Origin: Halarcobacter sp.
GTDB taxonomy: Bacteria > Campylobacterota > Campylobacteria > Campylobacterales > Arcobacteraceae
Length of the DNA: 64,000 bases
Assembly (NCBI GenBank): GCA_048571215.1
Contig: CP182352.1
Location: 672,001 to 736,000, forward strand
Direction: 5' to 3'
Part shown: piece after piece, positions 23,901-34,469 of the stretch
How positions within the stretch are numbered: position 1 is the stretch's first letter
How the letters are laid out: each line of letters opens with the position of its first letter
Position numbers and translations under genes: made by a program
The notes under the pieces: model-generated
The model's database searches: none
What the model was told of the DNA's origin: nothing
Seen by the model: the letters and a program-made list of their open reading frames with translations, nothing else

Positions 23901-24974
23901 ATGTTAAGAAAGTTTCGTAATAAATTAGAAACTAAGATTTATAAAATTAGAAATAAAGGTAATATTGATTTATCAGACTATAAGATTGTAGAAAATAGTT
24001 TTAGTGGCAAAAAATTAAATATTATTGTTTTAACTTATGCCGATCACAGTTTTGTTAAAAATAATTCTATAAATGTATTAAAAGAGTTTGGAGAAGTTTT
24101 TACATATGTTATGACACAAAAAACGCATGAGAGAGATTGGTATTTAAAAAAACAAAAGATTAATGAAAACATGTTAGATTTTGTATATGATACAGTAAAA
24201 GAGAATAAAATTGATATTATAGTTTGTCATTTATCTGGACATAGTACTACACCTAAAATTTTAGAAAAAATAAAAGAATTAAATATTCTAATGATAAATG
24301 AATCATTAGATGATGAAGCAAAGTTTAGAAGTAGAAAAGGTAAAGATGAATATTATAGGGGTATGAAAGATATTTGTAAATATTTTGATATATCTCTTAC
24401 TACTTCAAAAAGTGCAATAGTGAAATATTTAGTAGAAGGTGGAAATCCTATTTATAAAGACTACTCAGGAAATGAAAAAATTTATAGAAATTTAAATTTA
24501 GAAAAAGAGTTTGATGTTGGTTTTATTGGACAGGGATATGGAATAAGAAAAGAGTATATTGAGTTTTTATCGAATAATGGAATTGATGTTTACACAAAAG
24601 GACCAGGATGGTCTAATGGTTTTGCTAGTGATACAGAAATGATTGAGATATTTAATAAATCAAAAATAGTTTTAGGTTTTTCAACAGTTGGTAAAGATAA
24701 TAATGTTTACATATTAAAAGGAAGAGATTTTGAAGTACCTTTAACAGGTAGTTTTTATATAACTGGTTACCATAAAGAGCTAGAAGAGTATTTTGAAGTG
24801 GGACATGATATTGAAACTTATAATTCAAAAGAGGATTTACTTAAAAAAGTAAGATATTATTTAGAAAATGAAAAGAAAAGAGAAGATATAGCTTATAGTG
24901 GCTATAAGAAATGTTTAAATAATTATACTTCTAAAAAATCTTATGAAAAACTATTTGGTTATTTAGGATTATAA
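23901..24974 (+). CDS. CgeB-like glycosyltransferase
   Basis: DVGFIG...R, KGRDFEVPLTGSF, REDIA..GY. Confidence 0.75.
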   Translation: MLRKFRNKLETKIYKIRNKGNIDLSDYKIVENSFSGKKLNIIVLTYADHSFVKNNSINVLKEFGEVFTYVMTQKTHERDWYLKKQKINENMLDFVYDTVKENKIDIIVCHLSGHSTTPKILEKIKELNILMINESLDDEAKFRSRKGKDEYYRGMKDICKYFDISLTTSKSAIVKYLVEGGNPIYKDYSGNEKIYRNLNLEKEFDVGFIGQGYGIRKEYIEFLSNNGIDVYTKGPGWSNGFASDTEMIEIFNKSKIVLGFSTVGKDNNVYILKGRDFEVPLTGSFYITGYHKELEEYFEVGHDIETYNSKEDLLKKVRYYLENEKKREDIAYSGYKKCLNNYTSKKSYEKLFGYLGL

Positions 24975-25012
24975 TTTATTAAAGTTAATTTTTAGGAAAT
25001 TTAATTAAAATA

Positions 25013-25870
25013 ATGTCTGAAATGAAACTAAGGAAATATAAAATTATGAGTAAGTTTTTAAAAATAATAAATTATATATTTAGAAATAAGTTGGAAAAAG
25101 AAAAAAATAACAAGTATTATAGAAATCATTGCCCTATTAATCCGATGCATGACGATATATATATAGTTGAATTTCCTAAAAGTGGAATTACTTGGTTACA
25201 ACATATATTGGGAAATATTGAACTACAATTGGCAAATAAAAATGAAATAATTACTTATTATAATTATCGAAAATATATGCCAGATATATATCAGGTAGAT
25301 GGGTATAGTAAAATTAATAGATTTTTAGATAGAACCTTTATTAAATCTCATTCGAAATTTAATCCAAATTATAATTTTGTGATTTACTTAATGAGAAATC
25401 CTTATGATGTTATGGTAAGTTTCTATAATTATATGTTAGCACATGGTACGACTTTTTCTTCATTTGAAGAATTTGTAAAAAATGATAAATTTGGTATATC
25501 AACTTGGAAAAGTCACATTAATAGCTGGCACAATAATAATAGTGTTCAAAAGATACATTTTATAAAATATGAGAATTTAATTATTGATGCAATTAACGAA
25601 ATTAAAAAATTGTATTTAAATCTTGGCATAGAACCTTCTGAAAATATTATAAAAGAAGCACTTGCTCGTTCATCAATGAATAATATGAAAAAATCAGAAG
25701 ATGATTATAAGAAAGTAAATGTTAATTATACAATTACTTTTGTAGGAAAAGAAAATAAAATAAGTAAAGATGATTTGTTAACTAATGATATAAAAAAGTA
25801 TATAAATAATATTGCATATGATGAAATCAAAACTTTTTATCCAGAACTTTTAAAAACTGATGAAAGATAA
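25013..25870 (+). CDS. PAPS-dependent sulfotransferase
   Basis: 5'-PSB loop IVEFPKSGITW, KSH, 3'-PB motif RNPYDVMVSFY, KYENL. Confidence 0.88.
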   Translation: MSEMKLRKYKIMSKFLKIINYIFRNKLEKEKNNKYYRNHCPINPMHDDIYIVEFPKSGITWLQHILGNIELQLANKNEIITYYNYRKYMPDIYQVDGYSKINRFLDRTFIKSHSKFNPNYNFVIYLMRNPYDVMVSFYNYMLAHGTTFSSFEEFVKNDKFGISTWKSHINSWHNNNSVQKIHFIKYENLIIDAINEIKKLYLNLGIEPSENIIKEALARSSMNNMKKSEDDYKKVNVNYTITFVGKENKISKDDLLTNDIKKYINNIAYDEIKTFYPELLKTDER

Positions 25871-25911
25871 GTTTCATTATAATAATATTGATATCACTAG
25901 CAACTTCAAAA

Positions 25912-26715
25912 CTATTTTTCCCACCAAATCTTAGGCATAACAAAGTCTTCACATTTATTTGAATTTCTTTGATCAAGTTTGTGAGGAAGTGAAATTGGAG
26001 TATCATTTTTAAGTTTTTTTACATAATCATTTCTTAAAAAAGTTACTTCAAAAGTTCTTGGTATTTCTATACCATTATATGTTTCTAGTCCACATAAATT
26101 GTTTGGATGAATATGACATATGGAAAATTCTTTATAGAATTTTTCAAATATTCCAGTCATCATTCTCAAAAAATATTTATCAAAAAGTTTTTCAGTAGAA
26201 TGAAATTCAATAATTATACAACTAAATCTTTTTAGTGTTTCAATTGATTCAGATATTAAAACATTGTATTCTGAACTTTCTATATCCATTTGGAGTAATA
26301 AATTCTTTTCTTCAGTGCCTAATTTATTGTTAATCCAATCTTTTAAAGTTATTACATTTGTAGTATTATATGAACCTAAATAAAGTTTTTCAAATTCAAA
26401 GTTTTTATCTTTTACTGGCTCTGATTCCACACTAGCATCAATCATAAAACTTTTAATACCATATTTTTCTGATATCATTTTTTCAAATGTAGCAGTATAA
26501 TCTACTCCTGGTGAAAAACAATATTTAATGTCATTAAATATGTCTGGTAATAAATATCCTCCATCATTATTTCCACCTACTCTAATTAGATCAACAGATA
26601 TATAGTGTTTTTTAAATCTTTCAATAAATTGTAAAATATTTTCTAATTCTGCAAAATCATCAACAAGTAATCCTCTTTTGAAAAAAATTTTTTTAATCTT
26701 GGATTTTAAACTCAT
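25912..26715 (-). CDS. FkbM-like SAM-dependent methyltransferase
   Basis: RVGGNNDGGY, LQMDIESSEY, IIEFH, HIHPNN. Confidence 0.78.
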   Translation of the reverse strand: MSLKSKIKKIFFKRGLLVDDFAELENILQFIERFKKHYISVDLIRVGGNNDGGYLLPDIFNDIKYCFSPGVDYTATFEKMISEKYGIKSFMIDASVESEPVKDKNFEFEKLYLGSYNTTNVITLKDWINNKLGTEEKNLLLQMDIESSEYNVLISESIETLKRFSCIIIEFHSTEKLFDKYFLRMMTGIFEKFYKEFSICHIHPNNLCGLETYNGIEIPRTFEVTFLRNDYVKKLKNDTPISLPHKLDQRNSNKCEDFVMPKIWWEK

Positions 26716-26879
26716 ATTATTCCTATAGTTTTATATATATTATTATTTTACTCAGTTTACCTTTAATGTATTATTATGAAGATTATATTATAATACTTAT
26801 TATTGTATTAAAATTTTTACTTTTTTATACGAATGTTAAATAAACAAGAAATAGTAATTTTCAAAGGTATTCATAGTAT

Positions 26880-27794
26880 ATGCAAAGAATTAAAAAAAGA
26901 ATTTATAATTATTTATTGCCAATAAGTAAAAAAAATAAAATTGAAAATTCTTATATTACATGTGCAGGGAGAAATGATGGACTGGGTGCACAGCTCCATT
27001 CTATTTTATCTGTATTGTTAGTTGCAAAACAATATAATCTTATATATGCACATACACCTTTTAATTCATTAGATCATAATAAAGGAAAAGAAAATTTTTT
27101 TGAAGATGCCTTTAATCTTAGTAAAAATGAAGTTAATATAAAAAGTCTTGACGATGATAACTTGGAAATAAAATATATTAAACATCCATTTGAAATTAAA
27201 GATAAAGATAATGTACTATATATAACACAATCTTGTCATCAATATGCGGATAAATATCCAGATAAATATTTAAATGTAGTGGATGAATTTAAAAATAAAT
27301 TTTTTGATAACTTTAAAAGTCAATATGTGAATTATAATGATAATAAAAATCTTAATATAGGTTTACATATTAGAAGAGGTGACGTAAGTAAAAATAAAAA
27401 TGAGATAAAATTTACAAATAATTCATATTATATTAATATTGTAAATAATATTTTAAAATTAGTTGATAATTTGGGAATTGATGTAAATATACATATTTAT
27501 TCTCAGGGGTTAATAGAAGATTTTAAAGAATTTGAAAGTTATAATGTATTTTATCATCTTGATGAATGTTTATTAACAACTTTCTACAATTTAATTGAAA
27601 GTGATATTTTAGTAATGTCAAAGAGCTCTTTAAGTTATTGTGCTGGGTTATTAAATGAAAATATTATTATCTATCAAGAGTTTTGGCATAAACCATTAAG
27701 TAATTGGAATATAGTTAAGTTTAGAGATGGTGATTTATTCTTTGATAAGTCAAGTTTTAAAAACCAAATAATTAAACTATTAGAAAAAAAATAA
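26880..27794 (+). CDS. Putative fucosyltransferase (GT11/GT23-like)
   Basis: DGLGAQ, GLHIRRGD GDP-fucose-binding motif, SKSSLSY; gmd/fcl in the same locus. Confidence 0.65.
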   Translation: MQRIKKRIYNYLLPISKKNKIENSYITCAGRNDGLGAQLHSILSVLLVAKQYNLIYAHTPFNSLDHNKGKENFFEDAFNLSKNEVNIKSLDDDNLEIKYIKHPFEIKDKDNVLYITQSCHQYADKYPDKYLNVVDEFKNKFFDNFKSQYVNYNDNKNLNIGLHIRRGDVSKNKNEIKFTNNSYYINIVNNILKLVDNLGIDVNIHIYSQGLIEDFKEFESYNVFYHLDECLLTTFYNLIESDILVMSKSSLSYCAGLLNENIIIYQEFWHKPLSNWNIVKFRDGDLFFDKSSFKNQIIKLLEKK

Positions 27795-27797
27795 GAT

Positions 27798-29181
27798 AGT
27801 TAATGCTATTTAATAGTTACGAATTCATATTTATATTCTTACCCCTAACATTTTTTGTATACTTTTACCTAAATAGTAAAAGATTAACAGAGATAAGTAA
27901 AGGGTTTTTAGTAGTAAGTTCTTTGTTTTTTTATTCTTACTGGAATGTGGCATATTTACCACTGATATTAATAAGTATGGTGTTTAACTATGTAATAGGT
28001 AATACACTTTCAAAGAAAAAAGAAGATAAAAAGACATTTAGTAAAAAAAGTATGCTAACTTTTGGAATAATAGCAAACCTATCATTGTTAGGATACTTTA
28101 AATACGCAGATTTTTTTATAGAGAACTTTAATCTAGTAGTGGGTTCAAATATAAAACCTTTGCATCTACTACTGCCATTGGCAATATCGTTTTTTACCTT
28201 CCAACAAATAGCATACCTAGTAGATAGCTATAGAAAAGAGACAAAAGAGTATGACTTTCTAAATTACGCACTGTTTGTAACTTTCTTTCCACAATTAATA
28301 GCAGGACCAATAGTGCATCATAAAGAGATGATGCCCCAATTTGCAAATGTAAGAAATAAAGTAAAGAACTATAAAAATATAGCACTAGGAATATTTATAT
28401 TCTCAATGGGATTGTTTAAAAAAGTAGTAATAGCAGATACCTTTGCCGTATGGGCAAATGCAGGATTTGATGTAGCCCCAATACTAAATTTTTTTGAAGC
28501 ATGGGCAACATCCCTATCATATACCTTTCAATTGTACTTTGACTTTTCAGGTTACACAGATATGGCAATAGGTATAGCCTTGTTGTTTAATATAAGATTA
28601 CCAATAAACTTTAACTCTCCATATAAAGCCTTGGATATACAAGATTTTTGGAGAAGATGGCATATAACATTAAGTAGATTCCTAAGAGATTATGTATATA
28701 TACCATTAGGTGGAAATAGAATATCTAACTTTAGAACCTATGTAAACTTATTGGCAACATTTGTAATAGGTGGACTGTGGCATGGAGCAGGATGGACATT
28801 TGTGTTCTGGGGCTTTCTGCATGGAGTAGCATTAGCAATACATAGAATGTGGCAAAGTTTCAATATAAGATTGCCAAAAGTAATAGCATGGTTTATAACC
28901 TTTAATTTTGTAAATGTAGCCTGGGTATTTTTTAGAGCAAAAGAGTGGGATGATGCTATAAAAGTATTATCTGGAATGGTAGGATTAACAGGAATAGTAA
29001 TTAAAGAGAAATTAGAGTCAAAATTATATTTTTTAAGTGAATGGGGTGTTAAATTTAGTGATGTAACAGAACATATAGGTGGAGGTAGTAAGGTTTTAAA
29101 TTGGATTATCGTTTCATTTATATTTGTTATAGTGTTTAAAAATTCTTTAGAAAAAGCCAAGGAATTTAACAAAAATTATTT
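27798..29181 (+). repeat. ~1.38 kb direct repeat, copy 1
   Basis: Matches 30209-31592 (offset 2411); forward and antisense ORF translations identical, no mismatch seen by eye. Confidence 0.93.
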
Positions 29182-29269
29182 TAATTTATACTATATAATT
29201 TTACTTTTTATGTATAGTTTGTATTCAATGATTGGATTAAATTCAGAGTTTTTATATTTTAATTTTTAA
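27803..29269 (+). CDS. MBOAT O-acyltransferase (AlgI/PatA-like), copy 1
   Basis: MLFNS, PLAISFFTFQ, FPQLIAGPI, DFSGYTDMA, FWRRWHITLS, GLWHG, C-terminal EFLYFNF. Confidence 0.93.
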   Translation: MLFNSYEFIFIFLPLTFFVYFYLNSKRLTEISKGFLVVSSLFFYSYWNVAYLPLILISMVFNYVIGNTLSKKKEDKKTFSKKSMLTFGIIANLSLLGYFKYADFFIENFNLVVGSNIKPLHLLLPLAISFFTFQQIAYLVDSYRKETKEYDFLNYALFVTFFPQLIAGPIVHHKEMMPQFANVRNKVKNYKNIALGIFIFSMGLFKKVVIADTFAVWANAGFDVAPILNFFEAWATSLSYTFQLYFDFSGYTDMAIGIALLFNIRLPINFNSPYKALDIQDFWRRWHITLSRFLRDYVYIPLGGNRISNFRTYVNLLATFVIGGLWHGAGWTFVFWGFLHGVALAIHRMWQSFNIRLPKVIAWFITFNFVNVAWVFFRAKEWDDAIKVLSGMVGLTGIVIKEKLESKLYFLSEWGVKFSDVTEHIGGGSKVLNWIIVSFIFVIVFKNSLEKAKEFNKNYFNLYYIILLFMYSLYSMIGLNSEFLYFNF

Positions 29270-29277
29270 GGAATATT

Positions 29278-30201
29278 ATGAGTTATAAAAAATGGATATT
29301 TTTATTTTTTATTTTAAATATTTTATCTGTACTTATTATTGAAATATTATACAGAATATATTATGTAGAATATAGACATAATGTTGATTATTTAGTAAAA
29401 AAAACAATTCCTTCTTTAAAAAATGAAAATAAAGAAGTATTAATATTGGGAGATAGTGTTGCAAATGGAGCATTTAAAAACTTAATATTGAAAGACAATG
29501 TATTAGATTTAACTTCAAATAGAGCTATATCTATTGCTGGTAATTATTTTTTATTAAAGAGATATTTAAAACAAAATAATATTCCTAAAAAAGTTTATTT
29601 ATTTGTTATTCCTGAGTTTTTTCAAAATGATTTAAATGAACCCTATACATATTTATTTTTTGAAACTGTATTTACTGAAAAGGAAGAAATTAATGAAATT
29701 AAAAAGTTAAAACCTACATTATATAATTCTAATCATGTTATTGATAAATATTTTGAAAGAAGAATAAAAGGATTATTTAAAGAAGATAAATACAAGGCAG
29801 TTAAAAGAGATAGTTTTATTGATATTGATGAAACAAAAATTTACAATGATTTTATCAATTTAAATGATAATGTATTGAATCGGATAAATTCTTATAAAAA
29901 AAGTCTTAATAAGCTTGAAAAGTTATCTACTGTTTATTTGAGTAAACTAAAAACATTATGCTTAAAAAATAATATAGAGTTTAATATTGTAATAGAACCT
30001 GTACCAATTGAAATTCAGAAATTATTTTATAATTCAAAGATTTATAATTATTTAAATTTAAATAATTACAGAATAATAGATGTAAATGATTATTATAAGT
30101 TTGGTAATAATCATTTTATCAAAGATTCAATACATTTTTCTGGAAATATTAATAATCTTTTTCAAAAAATAATTGATAAAAATATTATAGATATATTTTA
30201 A
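29278..30201 (+). CDS. Membrane-anchored SGNH-like acyltransferase (AlgJ/PatB/DltD-like), partner 1
   Basis: N-terminal TM helix, ILGDS, C-terminal DSIH (DxxH); follows the MBOAT. Confidence 0.7.
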   Translation: MSYKKWIFLFFILNILSVLIIEILYRIYYVEYRHNVDYLVKKTIPSLKNENKEVLILGDSVANGAFKNLILKDNVLDLTSNRAISIAGNYFLLKRYLKQNNIPKKVYLFVIPEFFQNDLNEPYTYLFFETVFTEKEEINEIKKLKPTLYNSNHVIDKYFERRIKGLFKEDKYKAVKRDSFIDIDETKIYNDFINLNDNVLNRINSYKKSLNKLEKLSTVYLSKLKTLCLKNNIEFNIVIEPVPIEIQKLFYNSKIYNYLNLNNYRIIDVNDYYKFGNNHFIKDSIHFSGNINNLFQKIIDKNIIDIF

Positions 30202-30208
30202 GGTGATA

Positions 30209-31592
30209 AGTTAATGCTATTTAATAGTTACGAATTCATATTTATATTCTTACCCCTAACATTTTTTGTATACTTTTACCTAAATAGTAAAAGATTAACA
30301 GAGATAAGTAAAGGGTTTTTAGTAGTAAGTTCTTTGTTTTTTTATTCTTACTGGAATGTGGCATATTTACCACTGATATTAATAAGTATGGTGTTTAACT
30401 ATGTAATAGGTAATACACTTTCAAAGAAAAAAGAAGATAAAAAGACATTTAGTAAAAAAAGTATGCTAACTTTTGGAATAATAGCAAACCTATCATTGTT
30501 AGGATACTTTAAATACGCAGATTTTTTTATAGAGAACTTTAATCTAGTAGTGGGTTCAAATATAAAACCTTTGCATCTACTACTGCCATTGGCAATATCG
30601 TTTTTTACCTTCCAACAAATAGCATACCTAGTAGATAGCTATAGAAAAGAGACAAAAGAGTATGACTTTCTAAATTACGCACTGTTTGTAACTTTCTTTC
30701 CACAATTAATAGCAGGACCAATAGTGCATCATAAAGAGATGATGCCCCAATTTGCAAATGTAAGAAATAAAGTAAAGAACTATAAAAATATAGCACTAGG
30801 AATATTTATATTCTCAATGGGATTGTTTAAAAAAGTAGTAATAGCAGATACCTTTGCCGTATGGGCAAATGCAGGATTTGATGTAGCCCCAATACTAAAT
30901 TTTTTTGAAGCATGGGCAACATCCCTATCATATACCTTTCAATTGTACTTTGACTTTTCAGGTTACACAGATATGGCAATAGGTATAGCCTTGTTGTTTA
31001 ATATAAGATTACCAATAAACTTTAACTCTCCATATAAAGCCTTGGATATACAAGATTTTTGGAGAAGATGGCATATAACATTAAGTAGATTCCTAAGAGA
31101 TTATGTATATATACCATTAGGTGGAAATAGAATATCTAACTTTAGAACCTATGTAAACTTATTGGCAACATTTGTAATAGGTGGACTGTGGCATGGAGCA
31201 GGATGGACATTTGTGTTCTGGGGCTTTCTGCATGGAGTAGCATTAGCAATACATAGAATGTGGCAAAGTTTCAATATAAGATTGCCAAAAGTAATAGCAT
31301 GGTTTATAACCTTTAATTTTGTAAATGTAGCCTGGGTATTTTTTAGAGCAAAAGAGTGGGATGATGCTATAAAAGTATTATCTGGAATGGTAGGATTAAC
31401 AGGAATAGTAATTAAAGAGAAATTAGAGTCAAAATTATATTTTTTAAGTGAATGGGGTGTTAAATTTAGTGATGTAACAGAACATATAGGTGGAGGTAGT
31501 AAGGTTTTAAATTGGATTATCGTTTCATTTATATTTGTTATAGTGTTTAAAAATTCTTTAGAAAAAGCCAAGGAATTTAACAAAAATTATTT
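30209..31592 (+). repeat. ~1.38 kb direct repeat, copy 2
   Basis: Matches 27798-29181. Confidence 0.93.
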
Positions 31593-31689
31593 AACTGCAA
31601 CTTTTATTTTAATTTATTCTTATATTATTTTTCTTTTTTCAATATATAATATGTATAAAGTTTCAGAATTTTTATATTTTAATTTTTAA
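30214..31689 (+). CDS. MBOAT O-acyltransferase, copy 2
   Basis: Identical to copy 1 through ...EFNKNY, different last helix, same SEFLYFNF end. Confidence 0.93.
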   Translation: MLFNSYEFIFIFLPLTFFVYFYLNSKRLTEISKGFLVVSSLFFYSYWNVAYLPLILISMVFNYVIGNTLSKKKEDKKTFSKKSMLTFGIIANLSLLGYFKYADFFIENFNLVVGSNIKPLHLLLPLAISFFTFQQIAYLVDSYRKETKEYDFLNYALFVTFFPQLIAGPIVHHKEMMPQFANVRNKVKNYKNIALGIFIFSMGLFKKVVIADTFAVWANAGFDVAPILNFFEAWATSLSYTFQLYFDFSGYTDMAIGIALLFNIRLPINFNSPYKALDIQDFWRRWHITLSRFLRDYVYIPLGGNRISNFRTYVNLLATFVIGGLWHGAGWTFVFWGFLHGVALAIHRMWQSFNIRLPKVIAWFITFNFVNVAWVFFRAKEWDDAIKVLSGMVGLTGIVIKEKLESKLYFLSEWGVKFSDVTEHIGGGSKVLNWIIVSFIFVIVFKNSLEKAKEFNKNYLTATFILIYSYIIFLFSIYNMYKVSEFLYFNF

Positions 31690-31697
31690 GGAATATT

Positions 31698-32639
31698 ATG
31701 AGTTATAAAAAATGGGTAAATAATTTATTTTTAAATCTTATTTTATTATGTATGATATTTTTTATTTTTACTTTTGTAATTTATGATAAATTTACTAATA
31801 GAAGTTTGATTAATAAAGAGTATTTAATTGTAGATAATAGTCCAAAAATTGTATTTGCTGGTGACAGTAGAGCAGAAAGACAATTAAATGTTGAAGCAGC
31901 TAGAAAAATATTAAATTATAAAAATGGGGATATAGTTAATATTGCTATAAGTTCTGGAGATCCTATTATGATTAACAATTTAATTGATAGATTTCCAGAT
32001 AAATTTAAAAATACAACTCTTGTCATTAGTATAAGTGCAAACCAAATGAATGATAACGCAAAAGAATATGGATTTTTTACAGAGAGTATGATTTCGAAAT
32101 TAAGTTATTTTGAACAAGTCAATATTTTTCAATCTAATCCTGAGGTATTATTAAGATATTACTTTAATAATATAAAGTATCACATTTTAAATAAAATAAA
32201 TTTATTAAATGTAAAAAAAGATTATCAACAGACTTTTGGATTTAATGGGATCGAAAATGAATTAGATTTAAAACAACTTAATATAAAAAGATTAATGAAA
32301 AATCCATGGTATTTAAATTATGTGGATGGTGGAATTAAATATAAGTTAATTAATGATTCACTTAAAGATATAAAAAATAAAGTTAAAAAATTATATGTTT
32401 ATACTGCACCTTTTAGTCCTACATATCTAAAAATAGTACAAAATACTAAATTGCTTGATTATGAGTTGTCATTTAAAAATAGGATAAGTGAAATTTGTAA
32501 AAATAATGGTATTAAGTTTAAAAATTATCTTCATATAAAGGAATTAACAGACCAATATTTTTATGATATGTCACATTTAAACAAAAAAGGTTCTCTTATA
32601 TTTACAAAAATTATACTAAATGATTTTAGTATTAAATAA
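31698..32639 (+). CDS. Membrane-anchored SGNH-like acyltransferase, partner 2
   Basis: N-terminal TM helix, FAGDSR, FYDMSHLNKKG (DxxH). Confidence 0.72.
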   Translation: MSYKKWVNNLFLNLILLCMIFFIFTFVIYDKFTNRSLINKEYLIVDNSPKIVFAGDSRAERQLNVEAARKILNYKNGDIVNIAISSGDPIMINNLIDRFPDKFKNTTLVISISANQMNDNAKEYGFFTESMISKLSYFEQVNIFQSNPEVLLRYYFNNIKYHILNKINLLNVKKDYQQTFGFNGIENELDLKQLNIKRLMKNPWYLNYVDGGIKYKLINDSLKDIKNKVKKLYVYTAPFSPTYLKIVQNTKLLDYELSFKNRISEICKNNGIKFKNYLHIKELTDQYFYDMSHLNKKGSLIFTKIILNDFSIK

Positions 32640-32728
32640 TTATAAAAAGCTAAATATAATTTATTAAGTATAAAGTAGTCTATAGATATAATATATATAG
32701 TATTAAGAAGTCAAGGTATGGAGATAAT

Positions 32729-33517
32729 ATGAAAAAAAAAATTAATGTAATTTGTATAAAATGGGGAAGTTTATATACTGCAGATTATGTGAATAAATTA
32801 TGTAATATGGTAAAAAGAAATACTTCATATGATATTGACTTTTATTGTTTTACTGAAGATAGTAATGAATTTATTGAAGATATAATAGTAAAACCTTTAC
32901 CTATTTTAAATACTATAGAAGGGTATAGACATATTTTTTCTTACAGAAAAGAAGCTGCTCTTTGTGATGATAACCTTGGTGGATTAAATGGTCAAAGAGT
33001 ATTTTTTTTAGATTTAGATATGGTTGCTATTTCAAATTTAGATGAACTTTTTGATTATCCAGAGAGTGATAATTTTTATATTATTAATGATTGGCATACA
33101 ACTGGAAATAGTGTAGGACAAGCAAGTTGTTATTCTTGGGTTGTTGGTACTTTGGGATCTATAAAAAAAGATTATGAACTTGATCCTAAATCTGTATTGG
33201 ATAAATTTGGTAGTGCTGCACAAGAGTATTTATCATTTAAGATTATTGAAAAGTTTGGCAAATTAAATTTTTGGCCTGAAACTTGGTTTTGTTCTTTTAA
33301 ATTTCATTGTATGCCTAAGTTTGTTTTATTTAGATACTTTTTTGAACCAAAAATACCAACAAATATGAAAGGTTTGAAGTTTATAGCATTTCATGGGACA
33401 CCAAATCCTGATGAGGCTATTGAGGGAAAATGGAACCAAAAAGATGGCAAGAAAAAATGGAAAAAAATATATAAAGTATGTAAACCAACAACTTGGATTA
33501 AAAAATATTGGTATTAA
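32729..33517 (+). CDS. Putative glycosyltransferase (GT-A fold)
   Basis: ICIKWG..Y...YVNKL, FLDLD (DxD), FHGTPNP. Confidence 0.7.
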   Translation: MKKKINVICIKWGSLYTADYVNKLCNMVKRNTSYDIDFYCFTEDSNEFIEDIIVKPLPILNTIEGYRHIFSYRKEAALCDDNLGGLNGQRVFFLDLDMVAISNLDELFDYPESDNFYIINDWHTTGNSVGQASCYSWVVGTLGSIKKDYELDPKSVLDKFGSAAQEYLSFKIIEKFGKLNFWPETWFCSFKFHCMPKFVLFRYFFEPKIPTNMKGLKFIAFHGTPNPDEAIEGKWNQKDGKKKWKKIYKVCKPTTWIKKYWY

Positions 33518-33533
33518 ATAAGGATTAATTATA

Positions 33534-34445
33534 ATGGGTAATATTGAAAAATTATCTTCTTCATTAAACTGCACGGTTGGTATAGGAATACTTAGTTGGA
33601 AATCTCACAAAACATTAGAAAAAAGTTTACAAAGTTATGAGAAAATTGGATTAAAAGATTTTTTTGATGAAGTTAAAATTATATTTCAAGAGATTTCAGA
33701 TGAAGATAAAAAACTTGCAAATAAATATGGTTATGACTATGTTGGAATTGAAAAAAATGTTGGAATTCAAGGTGGACATAAATTAATTTATCAAAATCTT
33801 AATACTGATTATATTTTAGTTTTAGAAAATGATAATCCTGCTGTTGAACCAAGACAGATAGTATATGATAGGTTAAAACAAGCTTTACAATTATTAGAAA
33901 AAAATACTATTGATATGATGAGATTGCGGCATAGATGGAATTTTGGTGAGGGATTTGGCATTAAAAAGTATTTGACTTTTTTTAAAGTTCAGAGTATACA
34001 TGAAAAATATAGATGTAGAGATATAGAAAATAGTATTAGTAGTGATATTTTAAAATATATAAAAAGAATTTTTCGTCCAGATAAGGCACAAAGGTTGGCA
34101 GGTTATTCTTTATATTGTGAGAAATATCCAGAAAAGGTTTTTCCAAAATATATAAATAAAATTGATGATGAACTATATGCTGTTAGTTCAAATATTATGA
34201 CTTGGACAAATCAAAGTGTATTATTAAAAAGAGATTTATATGGAAAATTATTAAAATTTGCAGACGACAACCCTTCAACGAGAGATGCAAATGGTTTTCA
34301 AGATTTAGAGAAACCTTTAAATTGCAGATGGTGGAGAGATAAAAATTATCAAATTGGAGTTGCGGAGGGAATATTCTCCCATAATAGATTTGATGATAGT
34401 TGGAGAGAAAAACATCCAGCATTTAATAAAGATATAAGTAATTAA
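33534..34445 (+). CDS. Putative GT2-like glycosyltransferase
   Basis: GILSW, NVGIQGG, YILVLEND. Confidence 0.6.
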   Translation: MGNIEKLSSSLNCTVGIGILSWKSHKTLEKSLQSYEKIGLKDFFDEVKIIFQEISDEDKKLANKYGYDYVGIEKNVGIQGGHKLIYQNLNTDYILVLENDNPAVEPRQIVYDRLKQALQLLEKNTIDMMRLRHRWNFGEGFGIKKYLTFFKVQSIHEKYRCRDIENSISSDILKYIKRIFRPDKAQRLAGYSLYCEKYPEKVFPKYINKIDDELYAVSSNIMTWTNQSVLLKRDLYGKLLKFADDNPSTRDANGFQDLEKPLNCRWWRDKNYQIGVAEGIFSHNRFDDSWREKHPAFNKDISN

Positions 34446-34469
34446 ACTTAATAAAAGAATAGATAAAAA

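Noticed and set aside
25871..26790. Invertible segment around the methyltransferase
   Set aside because: Only a ~12-bp AT-only imperfect inverted match, expected by chance; no invertase nearby
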